64,000 nucleotides of DNA, from positions 384,001-448,000 of the forward strand of contig JBGARZ010000004.1 in assembly GCA_044229975.1 (NCBI GenBank), given 5' to 3'. Of this stretch, positions 9,326 to 19,037 are shown one piece after another. A model generated the notes under the pieces. The model ran no database searches. It was not told the DNA's origin and was given only the letters and a program-made list of their open reading frames with translations. Positions within the stretch are counted from its first letter, which is position 1; each line of letters opens with the position of its first letter. Made by a program: the position numbers and the translations under genes. This stretch comes from Polyangiales bacterium. Lineage in GTDB: Bacteria; Myxococcota_A; Polyangia; Polyangiales; Ga0077539.

Positions 9326-10735
9326 GTGCCCGATCCCCACGACCCGACGTCATCGACTCCCCCGGAGGCCTGGGCTCCCCTCGTCCGGCTGCGGCGCTTC
9401 GCCCGCCGCCCGGTCGCGCGCTTCCTCCAGGTGGAGGCGGCCAGCGGCGTCCTCCTGCTGGTCGCCGCCACCGTCGCGCTCGTGTGGGCGAACTCCCCCT
9501 GGGCCGCGAGCTACGCGCGGTTCTGGCACGCCCCGGTCGGCATCCGTCTGGGACATCGGGCCTTCGAGCGACCCATCGAGTGGTTCGTCAACGACGCCCT
9601 CATGGCGGTCTTCTTCTTCGTGGTCGGGTTGGAGATCCGCCGCGAGATCGATCACGGCGAGATCTCCGCGTGGCGGCGCGCGGCGCTCCCGGCCGCCGCG
9701 GCCCTCGGCGGCATGGTGGCGCCGGCCCTCATCTACCTCGCGCTCGCCGGCGCCCCGTCCGCCCGCGCGGGCTGGGGCGTCCCGATGGCAACGGACATCG
9801 CCTTCGCCGTCGGCGCGCTGGCCCTGCTGGGGCGGCGGGTGCCCCCCGCGCTGCGCGTGCTCCTGCTGGCGCTCGCGGTGCTCGACGACCTCGGGGCGAT
9901 CGTGGTCATCGCGCTCGCCTACTCGTCGGGCGTCTCGGCCGCGGGCCTGCTCGTCGCGGCGCTCGGGCTCGGCGGCATCCTGGCGCTGCGGCTCTTCGGG
10001 GTGCGCGCGAAGGCGCTCTACGTGGCCCCGGCGCTCGTCGTCTGGGCTGGCACCTACGCGGCGGGCGTTCACCCCACGATCGCGGGCGTGGTCGTGGGCC
10101 TCGTGACGCCGGTGCGGGCGTGGCTCGGGACGAGCGGCTTCGTCCGGGGCGTGCGCGTCGAGCTGACCCGCCTGTCCGCGGCGGACGACGGCGAACTCTC
10201 CACCCACGACGTCGCCCTGACGCTGCGCCGGGTCGACGTCATCCGCCGCGAGGCGGTGTCCCCCGCGGAGGGCCTGATCGAGCGCCTGCACCCGTGGGTG
10301 GCGTTCGTGATCATGCCGCTCTTCGCGCTCGCCAACGCCGGCGTGGCCATCCGCGGCCCGTCCCTCGACCGCGCGTCGACCACCATCGCCGCCGGGGTCG
10401 CGATCGGGCTGCTCGTCGGCAAGCCCGCCGGGGTGCTCGCAGCCAGCGCGCTCGCGCTGCGCCTGCGCGTCGCCGCGCTCCCGCGGGGCCTGGGCGCGCG
10501 CCACCTGCTGGTCCTGGGCGTGGTCGCGGGCGTGGGCTTCACGATGTCCCTGCTGGTCGCGCAGCTCGCGTTCGCCGACCCCGTGAAGCTCAACGCCGCG
10601 AGGCTCGGCGTGCTCGCCGCGAGCGGCGTCGCGGCCCTGCTCGCGCTGGCGCTGGGCCGCGCCCTCCTGGCCGTGCGCGCGCCGGACGGAGCCGCCCGGA
10701 GCGTCGAGGAGGCGGAGGCGTCCACCGAGCTCTGA
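9326..10735 (+). CDS. nhaA: Na+/H+ antiporter NhaA
   Basis: VNDALMAVFFFVVGLEIRRE, GWGVPMATDIAF, LAVLDDLG, GVGFTMS. Confidence 0.95.
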   Translation: MPDPHDPTSSTPPEAWAPLVRLRRFARRPVARFLQVEAASGVLLLVAATVALVWANSPWAASYARFWHAPVGIRLGHRAFERPIEWFVNDALMAVFFFVVGLEIRREIDHGEISAWRRAALPAAAALGGMVAPALIYLALAGAPSARAGWGVPMATDIAFAVGALALLGRRVPPALRVLLLALAVLDDLGAIVVIALAYSSGVSAAGLLVAALGLGGILALRLFGVRAKALYVAPALVVWAGTYAAGVHPTIAGVVVGLVTPVRAWLGTSGFVRGVRVELTRLSAADDGELSTHDVALTLRRVDVIRREAVSPAEGLIERLHPWVAFVIMPLFALANAGVAIRGPSLDRASTTIAAGVAIGLLVGKPAGVLAASALALRLRVAALPRGLGARHLLVLGVVAGVGFTMSLLVAQLAFADPVKLNAARLGVLAASGVAALLALALGRALLAVRAPDGAARSVEEAEASTEL

Positions 10736-10753
10736 CGCGCCCGCGTGGTGAGG

Positions 10754-11839
10754 TCACGTCGGCGGGGGCGGGGCGGCGGTCGCTCGCGGGACGCGCTGCA
10801 CGTACACGGTCTGGGTCGGGTAGGCGAAGCCGATGCCGCGCTCGTCGAAGCGGCGGAAGATCGTGAGGAGGATCTCCTGCTGCGCGTCCATGTGGACCGT
10901 GTAGTCCGGGTCGAGCGCGTAGTAGACGACCTCGAAGTCGAGCGACGACGCGGCGAAGGACTTGAGGTGCGCGCGGTCGAAGCGGGTGCGCGGCGTCGCC
11001 TCGACGGCCTCGCGGACCATCCCCGGGATCGCCGCGAGCTGCTCGGCGGTGGTCTGGTAGAGCACCCCGAAGGAGAGCACCACGCGGCGCTCGGCGAGAT
11101 GCTTGTAGTTGTGGAGGCGGCTGCGCAGGAGGTCGCCGTTGGAGAACACGATCTGCTCGCCCGACAACGACCGCACGCGGGTGGTCTTCAGGCCGATGTG
11201 CTCGACGGTGCCCGCGAGCGAGTCGACGACGATGAAGTCGCCCACGACGAAGGGTCGGTCGAGCGCGATGGACAGCGACGCGAGGACGTCGCCCAGGACG
11301 TTCTGCACCGCGAGGGCGACGGCCACGCCGCCGACGCCGAGGCCCGCGAGCAGCGAGCCGATGTTCACCCCGAGGTTGTCGAGGAGGAGGAGCAGCAGCA
11401 GGGCCCAGAGCACGGCGCGCGCGGCGAAGGTCGCGAAGGTGGCCGTGGTGCGCGCGGCGCCCTCCCCGTCGTCCCCGGCGACGTGGGCCGCGATCACGTG
11501 ACGGATCACGGCCTGTCCCCAGAGGCCGATCTGTAGCGCGAGGGTGACGACGAAGAGCCCGCGCAGCAGGGCGTGGATGGACGGGGGCAGCGACAGCATC
11601 GTCGCGGCGACGAAGAGCGCCGCCGCCCACAGGAACCACCGCCGCAGGCCCGTCGCCAGCTCCCCGGCGAGCGCGATGAACTTCGCGTCGCTCGTCGCCG
11701 CGAGGGAGGTCAGACGCCGGACCGCGACCCGGCGCGTCGCCGCCAGGGTGACCAGCAGGGCGATCGCGACCACGATCGCCCACGCCCAGCTCGCCACCGT
11801 GTTGCCCTCGAACTGATACTCGAACATCCGCATCGGCAC
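10754..11839 (-). CDS. Small-conductance mechanosensitive channel (MscS family)
   Basis: LLAGLGVGGVAVALAVQN..DRPFVVGDFI..GTVEHIGLKTTR..FAYPT. Confidence 0.95.
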   Translation of the reverse strand: MPMRMFEYQFEGNTVASWAWAIVVAIALLVTLAATRRVAVRRLTSLAATSDAKFIALAGELATGLRRWFLWAAALFVAATMLSLPPSIHALLRGLFVVTLALQIGLWGQAVIRHVIAAHVAGDDGEGAARTTATFATFAARAVLWALLLLLLLDNLGVNIGSLLAGLGVGGVAVALAVQNVLGDVLASLSIALDRPFVVGDFIVVDSLAGTVEHIGLKTTRVRSLSGEQIVFSNGDLLRSRLHNYKHLAERRVVLSFGVLYQTTAEQLAAIPGMVREAVEATPRTRFDRAHLKSFAASSLDFEVVYYALDPDYTVHMDAQQEILLTIFRRFDERGIGFAYPTQTVYVQRVPRATAAPPPPT

Positions 11840-11884
11840 TCCTCCTCCTTCGACTCCCTCCGCCGGTACCCCGCCGCGCGGCGG

Positions 11885-13126
11885 CTATGCGTTGGCGGGC
11901 GGGGCCGCCGCCCAGGAGTTCGCGGCGACGACGTCGGACGACGAAGCGTCGTGGCGCCAGGTCGCCGCGAGCGCCTCGACCACGGCGCGAACCGATCGGC
12001 TCCGCGCGAAGGTCACCCGCTGCCGCTCGGACGACGTGCCCCCCTTGATCAGCCGCTCGACCAGGCCGAGCTCCCGCGCGCAGCCGAGGGTCCGCGCGGT
12101 CGGGTAGAGGGACGCGACGAGCGCCTCGGCCTCGCTTCGCAGCCGTCGGGTGTGGCCCTCGTCGTCCACCAGGAGGTCCGCGTCGAGGCCCCAGCGCGCC
12201 GCGCGCCACTTGTTCTCGCGGAGGCGCCACTGCGCCGGCCGGGGCGGCGGCTCCCGGGCGTCGATGCGCGCCGTGACATCGGCGGCGAGGCACTGCACCA
12301 ACGCGACGAGCGCCAGGGTGTCCTCCATCGACGACGGCACATCGCAGACCCGGACCTCCAGCGTGCCGAAGCGCGGGCTCGGGCGCAGGTCCCACCAGAG
12401 GTCCTTGGGGGACGTGACGGCGCGGCTCTGACGGAGCCGACGGTAGAGGCCGACGAAGTCCGACCAGTCGGCGAAGACCGGCGGCGTCCCGGCCGTGGGC
12501 TGGCTCTCGAACACCGTCGCCCGCGCCGACGAGAGGCCCGTGTCCTCGCCGTCCATGAAGGGCGAGCTGGACGACAGCGCGAGCAGCATCGCGAGGTGCG
12601 GCAGCATGCCGTTCATCACCGCGACGGCGTGGTCGCCGTCGCGCATCCCCACGTGGACGTGGAGGCCGAAGATCGCGAGGCGACGGGCGATCCACTGGTT
12701 GCGGTCGATCAGGGTCTGGTACCTGGGCGACGGGTACGCGAGGCGCTCGTGCGAGCGGGCGAAGGGGTGCGTGCCCGCGGCCACCACCTCGACGTCGCAG
12801 AGCTCGGCCGCGACGAGGACCGCCTCCCGCGCCGCGCGCAGGTCGCGCTCGACCTCGGCGAGCCCTGGGCAGATGCCCGTGCGGAGCTCGAGCATCGACT
12901 GGAAGATCTCCGGGGCGACGCGCTCCTCCATCCCCTGGATGGCCGCGAGCAGCCGGGGAGCGGCCGGGCACAGGTCCTTGGTGCGCCAGTCGATGAGCTG
13001 CACCTCGGCCTCCACGCCGAGAGTGAGCACGCCCGCGCTCTTGAATTCGAGGCGCTCGGACTCGTCGCCCGGGTCCCCGGTGGGGGTCCCGATGGATGGG
13101 TTGCTGGTGCGAAGGGGCTCATGCAT
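11885..13126 (-). CDS. YbdK-family carboxylate-amine ligase (glutamate-cysteine ligase 2)
   Basis: TLGVEAEVQ, FGLHVHVG, LALSSSSPF, WWDLRPSPRFGTLEVRVCD, ENKWRAARWG. Confidence 0.9.
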   Translation of the reverse strand: MHEPLRTSNPSIGTPTGDPGDESERLEFKSAGVLTLGVEAEVQLIDWRTKDLCPAAPRLLAAIQGMEERVAPEIFQSMLELRTGICPGLAEVERDLRAAREAVLVAAELCDVEVVAAGTHPFARSHERLAYPSPRYQTLIDRNQWIARRLAIFGLHVHVGMRDGDHAVAVMNGMLPHLAMLLALSSSSPFMDGEDTGLSSARATVFESQPTAGTPPVFADWSDFVGLYRRLRQSRAVTSPKDLWWDLRPSPRFGTLEVRVCDVPSSMEDTLALVALVQCLAADVTARIDAREPPPRPAQWRLRENKWRAARWGLDADLLVDDEGHTRRLRSEAEALVASLYPTARTLGCARELGLVERLIKGGTSSERQRVTFARSRSVRAVVEALAATWRHDASSSDVVAANSWAAAPPANA

Positions 13127-13222
13127 CACGCGAATCTCCTCTCGTGGGTGGTCCAGGTCGCTTCGGTCGACCGTCGGGCAGGCCGGCGGCCGCAGACCAG
13201 ATCTACCCCCCGGGGTCTGGCG

Positions 13223-13262
13223 TAGAAAATTTCGAAAAGTCGTACGGATGTTTCGATGAAAC
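13223..13262. promoter_or_regulatory. Putative LysR (NhaR) binding region in the divergent promoter
   Basis: AT-rich island with overlapping T-N11-A boxes TAGAAAATTTCGA and TCGAAAAGTCGTA. Confidence 0.45.
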
Positions 13263-13309
13263 CGACGAGAGGCTGGCGCGCCGTCACGCCTCGTACGATG
13301 CTCCGCCCG

Positions 13310-14275
13310 ATGCCCTCCCGAGCCATCGACGCCGACGAGCAGGCCCCCCAGGCGTGGCTCAACTACCACCACCTGTTCCACTTCTGGGTGGTGGCGCGCG
13401 AGGGTGGCATCTCCCGCGCGGCCGCGCGACTGCGCATCACCCACTCCACCCTCTCCACGCAGGTCGCCGCGCTCTCCGACGCCCTGGGCTCACCGCTGTT
13501 CGAGCGGCGCGGTCGGGGGCTGTCGCTCACCCCCTTCGGCGCCGACGTCCTCGCCCGCGCCGACGAGATCTTCCGCGCCGGCCACGAGCTGCTCGACCTC
13601 GCGCGCGGCCACGACACCCGCCGCCGCGCGCTCTTCCGCGTCGGCGTCATCGCCGCCGTGCCGCGCACCGTCGCCTGGCAGCTGCTCTCCCCGGCCATGG
13701 CCGGCGAAGAGCGCGCCACCGTCCGCGTGGTGCACGACCGGCTGGAGCCGCTCCTCGACGCCCTCGCGCTGGGGCGGCTCCACCTCGTGCTGGCCGACCG
13801 ACCGCCCCCGCAGGGCGGCGCCCTCCGACTGCACGCCCACCGCCTCGGCGAGAGCGGCGTCGCGCTCTACGGGGCGCGGCGCCTCGCGCGGAAGTGGGCG
13901 CCGCGGTTTCCTGGCCGCTTCGACGGCGCGCCGCTGCTCCTGCCGGTGGAGGGCTCCTCCCTCCGGCGCGACATCGACCGCTGGCTGGCCGAGCGCGACA
14001 TCGCGGTGCGCGTCGAGGGAGAGTTCGACGACGCCGGGCTGATGCGCACCTTCGGCCTCGGGGGCGCCGGGCTCTTCCCGGTGCGCGAGGCGCTCGCCGC
14101 CGAGGTCGAGGGCTTCGCGGGGGTCACCCGGGTCGGGCTGCTCGCGGGCGTCACCGAGGCCTACTACGCCATCACCGCCGAGCGGCGCATCCGCCACCCC
14201 TCGTCCGTCGCCGTGGTGGAGTCGGGGCCGCGGCAGTTCAAGCCGATCCGCCGTCGATCGGCCCCTGCGACGTAG
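13310..14275 (+). CDS. nhaR: LysR-family regulator, NhaR-like
   Basis: WLNYHHLFHFWVVAREG HTH; GEFDDAGLMRTFG; ITAERRIRHP are NhaR-type features. Confidence 0.8.
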   Translation: MPSRAIDADEQAPQAWLNYHHLFHFWVVAREGGISRAAARLRITHSTLSTQVAALSDALGSPLFERRGRGLSLTPFGADVLARADEIFRAGHELLDLARGHDTRRRALFRVGVIAAVPRTVAWQLLSPAMAGEERATVRVVHDRLEPLLDALALGRLHLVLADRPPPQGGALRLHAHRLGESGVALYGARRLARKWAPRFPGRFDGAPLLLPVEGSSLRRDIDRWLAERDIAVRVEGEFDDAGLMRTFGLGGAGLFPVREALAAEVEGFAGVTRVGLLAGVTEAYYAITAERRIRHPSSVAVVESGPRQFKPIRRRSAPAT

Positions 14276-14443
14276 CGCCGACCCGTCGGTCGCATCGACG
14301 GGTCGCGTCGATGTTTCGCACCCCAGGGCCGTCGCCAACGGCCGCAAGCTACGCGGCGGCGTCGTCGCGATGGGAGCACCAACACACCACACCCCTCCGT
14401 GCGCCGACCGCGCCCGGAGCGCTCCCCCGCGGAGGTCGGCCCG

Positions 14444-15880
14444 ATGAAGTCACCCCCCGACGCCGCCCGCGGCGAGGTCATCCGCACGGACATCCCGGCG
14501 CGCCTCGACGCGCTCACGTGGTCGCGCTGGCACCGGCGCGTCGTCGTCGCGCTGGGCATCACGTGGATCCTCGACGGCCTGGAGGCGAGCCTCATCGCCA
14601 ACCTCGCGCCGACGCTCCAGGACGCGCGGACCCTCGGGCTGCGGGTCGCGCAGATCGGCCTCGCGAACACCGTCTACCTCGCGGGTCAGGTGCTCGGCGC
14701 GCTGCTCTTCGGTCACCTCACCGACCGCTACGGCCGCAAGCGGCTCTTCCTCGTCACGCTCGGCCTCTACCTCGGCGCCACGGCGGCGAGCGGCGCCGCC
14801 CCGAACTTCCCGGCGTTCCTGCTGTGCCGGCTCCTCGCGGGCGCGGGCATCGGGGGCGAGTACTCGGCCATCAACTCCGCGATCGACGAGCTCATCCCGG
14901 CGCGCCTGCGCGGCCAGGTCGACCTGGGCATCAACGGCAGCTACTGGATCGGCGTCGCGCTCGGCGCCCTGCTCACCCTGGTGCTGCTCGACCCGGCGCG
15001 GGTGCCCGTCCACCTGGGCTGGCGCCTCGTGTTCGGGCTCGGGGCGGTGCTCGGGCTCGTGATCCTGCTCGTGCGCCGGGACGTCCCGGAGAGCCCGCGC
15101 TGGCTCCTCATGCACGGCTTCGTCCGCGAGGCCCGGGCGACCATGGACCTCATCGAGTCGCGCGCTCGCGGCCACGGCGCGTCGGCGGCGCTCGCCGTGC
15201 GGGAGGTCGAGATCCGCGTGACGGGCGCGGTCGGCGCGGGCCACGTGATGCACGCGCTGCTGCGGCGCTACCCCCGGCGCTCGGCGCTCGGGCTCGTGAT
15301 GATGGTCGCGCAGGCGTTCTTCTACAACGCGATCTTCTTCAGCTACGGGCTCATCCTCCAGCGCTTCCACCACGTGCGCGCCGACCGCGTGGGGCTCTAC
15401 ATCCTCCCCTTCGCGGCCGGAAACTTCCTCGGCCCGCTGCTCCTCGGCCCGCTCTTCGATCGCTGGGGACGCCGCGTGATGATCCCCGCGACCTACGCCG
15501 CCTCCGGGGCGCTGCTGCTGCTCACGGGCGCGCTCTTCCGCGCGGGCGTGCTCGACGCGGTCACGCAGACCCTCGCGTGGTCGGTGGTCTTCTTCTTCGC
15601 CTCGGCGGCGGCGAGCTCGGCGTACCTCACGGTCAGCGAGCTCTTCCCGGTGGAGGTCCGCGGCGTCGCGATCGCCCTCTTCTACGCCGTCGGAACCGCC
15701 GGCGGCGCCGTCGCCCCGTCGCTCTTCGCGCGGATCGTCGAGGGCGGAGACCCGACTCGCCTGCTCGCGGGCTACGGGTTCGCCGCCGCGCTCATGCTGA
15801 TCGCCGCGGCCGTCGCGCGCCGCCTCGCCGTGGACAGCGAGGGACGCTCCCTGGAGGAGCTCACGCGGGACGGCGCGTGA
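14444..15880 (+). CDS. MFS transporter (sugar-porter-like)
   Basis: GHLTDRYGRKR, GGEYSA, PESPRWL, SELFPVEVRG; GGAGG RBS. Confidence 0.9.
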   Translation: MKSPPDAARGEVIRTDIPARLDALTWSRWHRRVVVALGITWILDGLEASLIANLAPTLQDARTLGLRVAQIGLANTVYLAGQVLGALLFGHLTDRYGRKRLFLVTLGLYLGATAASGAAPNFPAFLLCRLLAGAGIGGEYSAINSAIDELIPARLRGQVDLGINGSYWIGVALGALLTLVLLDPARVPVHLGWRLVFGLGAVLGLVILLVRRDVPESPRWLLMHGFVREARATMDLIESRARGHGASAALAVREVEIRVTGAVGAGHVMHALLRRYPRRSALGLVMMVAQAFFYNAIFFSYGLILQRFHHVRADRVGLYILPFAAGNFLGPLLLGPLFDRWGRRVMIPATYAASGALLLLTGALFRAGVLDAVTQTLAWSVVFFFASAAASSAYLTVSELFPVEVRGVAIALFYAVGTAGGAVAPSLFARIVEGGDPTRLLAGYGFAAALMLIAAAVARRLAVDSEGRSLEELTRDGA

Positions 15881-15937
15881 CCTCACCCTCGACCCGATCC
15901 CCACCCCGGAGCCCGCGTCGGTCGGGGCGGGTCGCGA

Positions 15938-17806
15938 TCACCCGCCGGGATGCGTCGTGAGTGCGGAGTGCTCGCCGGTCTGCGACGCGCGCGGGTCGCT
16001 CGTCACCTCGAAGCGGAGCAGCACGCCGACCACGTCGTTCATCGAGAGGACGCCCAGGAGGTGCCGCCGCACGGGGTCATCGACCACCATCATCAGCCGC
16101 ACCCCGAGCCGGTTCATGGTGACCAGCGCGGCGCGCAGGCTCTGCTGCGGGACGAGCGTGCCGCGTAGCCGGGCGTGCTCGGTGATCGCCTCGGCGCCCC
16201 GCCCCTCGGCCTGCAGGCGGCGCAGGCGCGCCTCCGTCACCACGCCGACGAGGGAGCGGTCGGGCCCCAGCACAGGGATCGTCTCGAAGGGCAGGCCGGC
16301 GAGCGTCGCGAGGGCCGCGTCGACCGTGTCCGTGGTCGCGAGCGACACCACGTCGGACTTCATGGCGTCGCCCACGCGGTGCGACGTCAGCGCGGGTGAC
16401 GCGAGGTGCGTCTGCGGCATGTGCCGACCGTCCTGTTCGAGGAGGGCGTCGTAGATGGGCGTCGGACTCCGGGCGCGCGCGGTGACGTACGCGACCGCGT
16501 TGGCGACCATCAGCGGGAGCACCAGCTTGTAGCTCCCGGTCATCTCGAACACGATGAGGATGCTCGTCATGGGCGCGCGCACCACCGCCGCGAAGAAGGC
16601 CCCCATGCCGACCAGCGCGAAGGCCCCGAGCTGCGTGTCCGAGTGCATGAGCACGTGGCGGTCGACCTCGCCCATCAGCCCCCCGAGCATCGCTCCGACG
16701 AAGAGCGTCGGCGCGAAGATGCCGCCCGCGCCGCCGCTGGAGTACGACGCGATGGTCGCGGCGAACTTCGCCACGAAGAGCACCGCCATCACCTTCACCG
16801 GGAGGTTTCCCCGTAGCCCGACCACCAGCGTCTCGTAGCCGCCGCCCGCGACGCCCAGCGTCCCGACGAGCTCGAACGCGGCGAGGGCGATGAGCCCCGT
16901 GAGCAGACCTCCGACTGCGGGGCGCGCCCAGGGCGGGATCTTCGTGAGGTCGCGGAAGGCGCGGCGGGTGCTCAGCAGGCCCTGCGAGAAGGCGTGGCCG
17001 AGGAGCCCCGCGATGACCCCGAGCGCGGCGAAGACGAGCAGCGACGAGGCGTGCGTGAGCCCGTAGGAGCCCGGCACCGCCAGGACCGGGCGCTCGCCGA
17101 GGATCGAGTGCTCGACCGCGGCGGAGAGGGCCGCGGCCACGACCACGCCTGAGAGGACGGTGGTGTCGAGGCCCCCCACGAGCTCCTCGATGACGAAGGT
17201 GACGGCGGCGATGGGCGCGTTGAAGGCCGCCGCGATGCCCGCCGCCGCGCCGACCGGGATGAGCCGCCGCTGGTTGCTGGGCGAGAGCGCGAAGAGGCGG
17301 CCGAGCGCGCTCGCCACCGTCGCGCAGATCTGCACGGTGGGGCCCTCGCGACCGAGGGAAGAGCCGGTGCCGATCTGTAGCGCCGCCAGGACGAACTTCG
17401 CGGCGCCGTCGCGGTTGCGCAGCCGACCCGCGCGCGCGCCGTACACCCACTTCACCTGCGGGATGCCGCTGCCGCGCGCCTCCGGGGCGAAGCGGTGCAG
17501 CGCCGCGCCCGCGACGAGCGCACCCGACGCCGGGACCACGATGAGCCCGACGACGCGCGTGACCCCGCTGGCCTCGGTGACGCGCGCGAGGAAGGTCGCC
17601 TCGACGAGCCGGATGAAGAGGTGGAAGCCCACCGCCGCGAGGCCGCAGGCCGCGCCGACGGCGATGGTGAGCCCGAGCAGGCGGTTCTGCTCCGAGGGGG
17701 TGGCCCGCTCGACGGCGCGGAGCAGGAGGCGGTTGAGGCGCGCCCCGGCGCGCGAGGCGAAGCCGATCAAGGGACGACGGTCGGGGCTCGGAAGGGACGG
17801 GCGCAT
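15938..17806 (-). CDS. ClC chloride channel/H+ antiporter with CBS domains
   Basis: GSGIP, GREGP, GGIFAP motifs plus C-terminal CBS pair. Confidence 0.95.
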   Translation of the reverse strand: MRPSLPSPDRRPLIGFASRAGARLNRLLLRAVERATPSEQNRLLGLTIAVGAACGLAAVGFHLFIRLVEATFLARVTEASGVTRVVGLIVVPASGALVAGAALHRFAPEARGSGIPQVKWVYGARAGRLRNRDGAAKFVLAALQIGTGSSLGREGPTVQICATVASALGRLFALSPSNQRRLIPVGAAAGIAAAFNAPIAAVTFVIEELVGGLDTTVLSGVVVAAALSAAVEHSILGERPVLAVPGSYGLTHASSLLVFAALGVIAGLLGHAFSQGLLSTRRAFRDLTKIPPWARPAVGGLLTGLIALAAFELVGTLGVAGGGYETLVVGLRGNLPVKVMAVLFVAKFAATIASYSSGGAGGIFAPTLFVGAMLGGLMGEVDRHVLMHSDTQLGAFALVGMGAFFAAVVRAPMTSILIVFEMTGSYKLVLPLMVANAVAYVTARARSPTPIYDALLEQDGRHMPQTHLASPALTSHRVGDAMKSDVVSLATTDTVDAALATLAGLPFETIPVLGPDRSLVGVVTEARLRRLQAEGRGAEAITEHARLRGTLVPQQSLRAALVTMNRLGVRLMMVVDDPVRRHLLGVLSMNDVVGVLLRFEVTSDPRASQTGEHSALTTHPGG

Positions 17807-17870
17807 GCGGTGGTCGCTCTTCGGTGGAGGGCCCTGCGCCCGCGACGGCGCTTGCCCTAGCACCGTTTAC

Positions 17871-18913
17871 TTGGTGATCCAATCATCGACCGGCGCGCCG
17901 CCGGTCACCGAGCGCGCGCTCGCTGCGGACGGTCACGTCCGAGGTCGCTTCGGGCGCGATGAAGTTCCCCCGCGACGCTCGCGAACCGACGGCCGCAAGG
18001 GAGGGGGCGGCATCTTCGATCGCTGCGGGCCGACCCCTCCCGGAATCTAGTTGGAGTTCCAATCTTATTGCACTAGACACGGTTGCCATGGGACTTCTGG
18101 GACGACGCGCGGTGTGGTCCGGGCCCCCTCCGGGCGGCGGCGAGCGGGGGCGGCGCGGCCTGAACGGCGGAGACTTCATTGGAGATCAAGGGACGATCGG
18201 GCATCCTCGCGCCCAAGGTGGCAGAGCCGACGGACGAGACGAGCGAGTTCCCCATGGGCCCGGTGCTGGATCTCCTCCGGGAGTGGTGGGCGCTCGACCA
18301 CGCCATCGAGCAGACGTCCCGGCGCATGGCGTCGCGGCTCGGGGTCACGGCGCCCCAGCGCATCGCGCTCCGCGTGATCGGGCGCTACCCCGGCATCGGC
18401 CCGGGCGCGCTCGCCGAGCTGCTCCACCTCGACGCGGGCACCATCTCGGCGACGATCCGACGCCTGGAGGAGATCGGCTTCGTGAAGCGACGGCCCTCCA
18501 CCCAGGACCGTCGACGCGTGGCGCTCGGGCTCACCGCCAGGGGGCGGGCGCTCGACGTCGACGACGAGCACACCATCGAGGGAGCGCTCGGCCGGGTGGT
18601 CGCGGGGGTCCCTGCGGCGGACGTCGCCGTGATGCGGAGGTTTCTCGCGCGCTTCGCCGAGGAGCTCGACCGGGAGCCGCTCGACGTCGCGGCGCCCAGG
18701 CGGGCCCGATAGGGGCTCAGCCGCGTCGGCCCAACCAGTTCAGGAGTCGACAGAGCGGGCCGTCCTGCTCGGGACGGCTCGGCGCCGCCGAAGCGCTCCC
18801 CTCGAAGCGAAACACCGTCACGCTGACGACCCCACCGGGCATCACCAGCACCTCGCGTCGCGCCGGCTCGGAGCGCTCCGCAGATCGAGGATCGGATCTC
18901 ATTGGGCCTCCAA
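17871..18913. promoter_or_regulatory. Set of TTGG-N4-CCAA palindromes (putative MarR operators) at 17871, 18051, 18179 (imperfect) and 18902
   Basis: TTGGTGATCCAA, TTGGAGTTCCAA, TTGGAGATCAAG, TTGGGCCTCCAA, all intergenic around marR. Confidence 0.6.
18254..18712 (+). CDS. MarR-family regulator
   Basis: GVTAPQ..L..IG..LAELLHLDAGTIS..RRLEE.GFVKR..DRR..LTARG; start uncertain (GTG at 18218 possible). Confidence 0.9.
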   Translation: MGPVLDLLREWWALDHAIEQTSRRMASRLGVTAPQRIALRVIGRYPGIGPGALAELLHLDAGTISATIRRLEEIGFVKRRPSTQDRRRVALGLTARGRALDVDDEHTIEGALGRVVAGVPAADVAVMRRFLARFAEELDREPLDVAAPRRAR

Positions 18914-19037
18914 GTACATCACACATCGGCGGCGATGTCGCGCCGCGCGTGTCGGGGGAGGGGCGCGTCCCCCTGGCCGCGCCACCGGGTCGCGCGAGCC
19001 GCCCCTCCCTCTCCCCCAACCCGAAGGTGAGCGCCCG

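Noticed and set aside
13096..15960. Very long Arg/Pro/Gly-rich ORFs (e.g. 954, 807, 793, 787, 755 aa)
   Set aside because: Shadow frames of real genes caused by high GC; no recognisable motifs.
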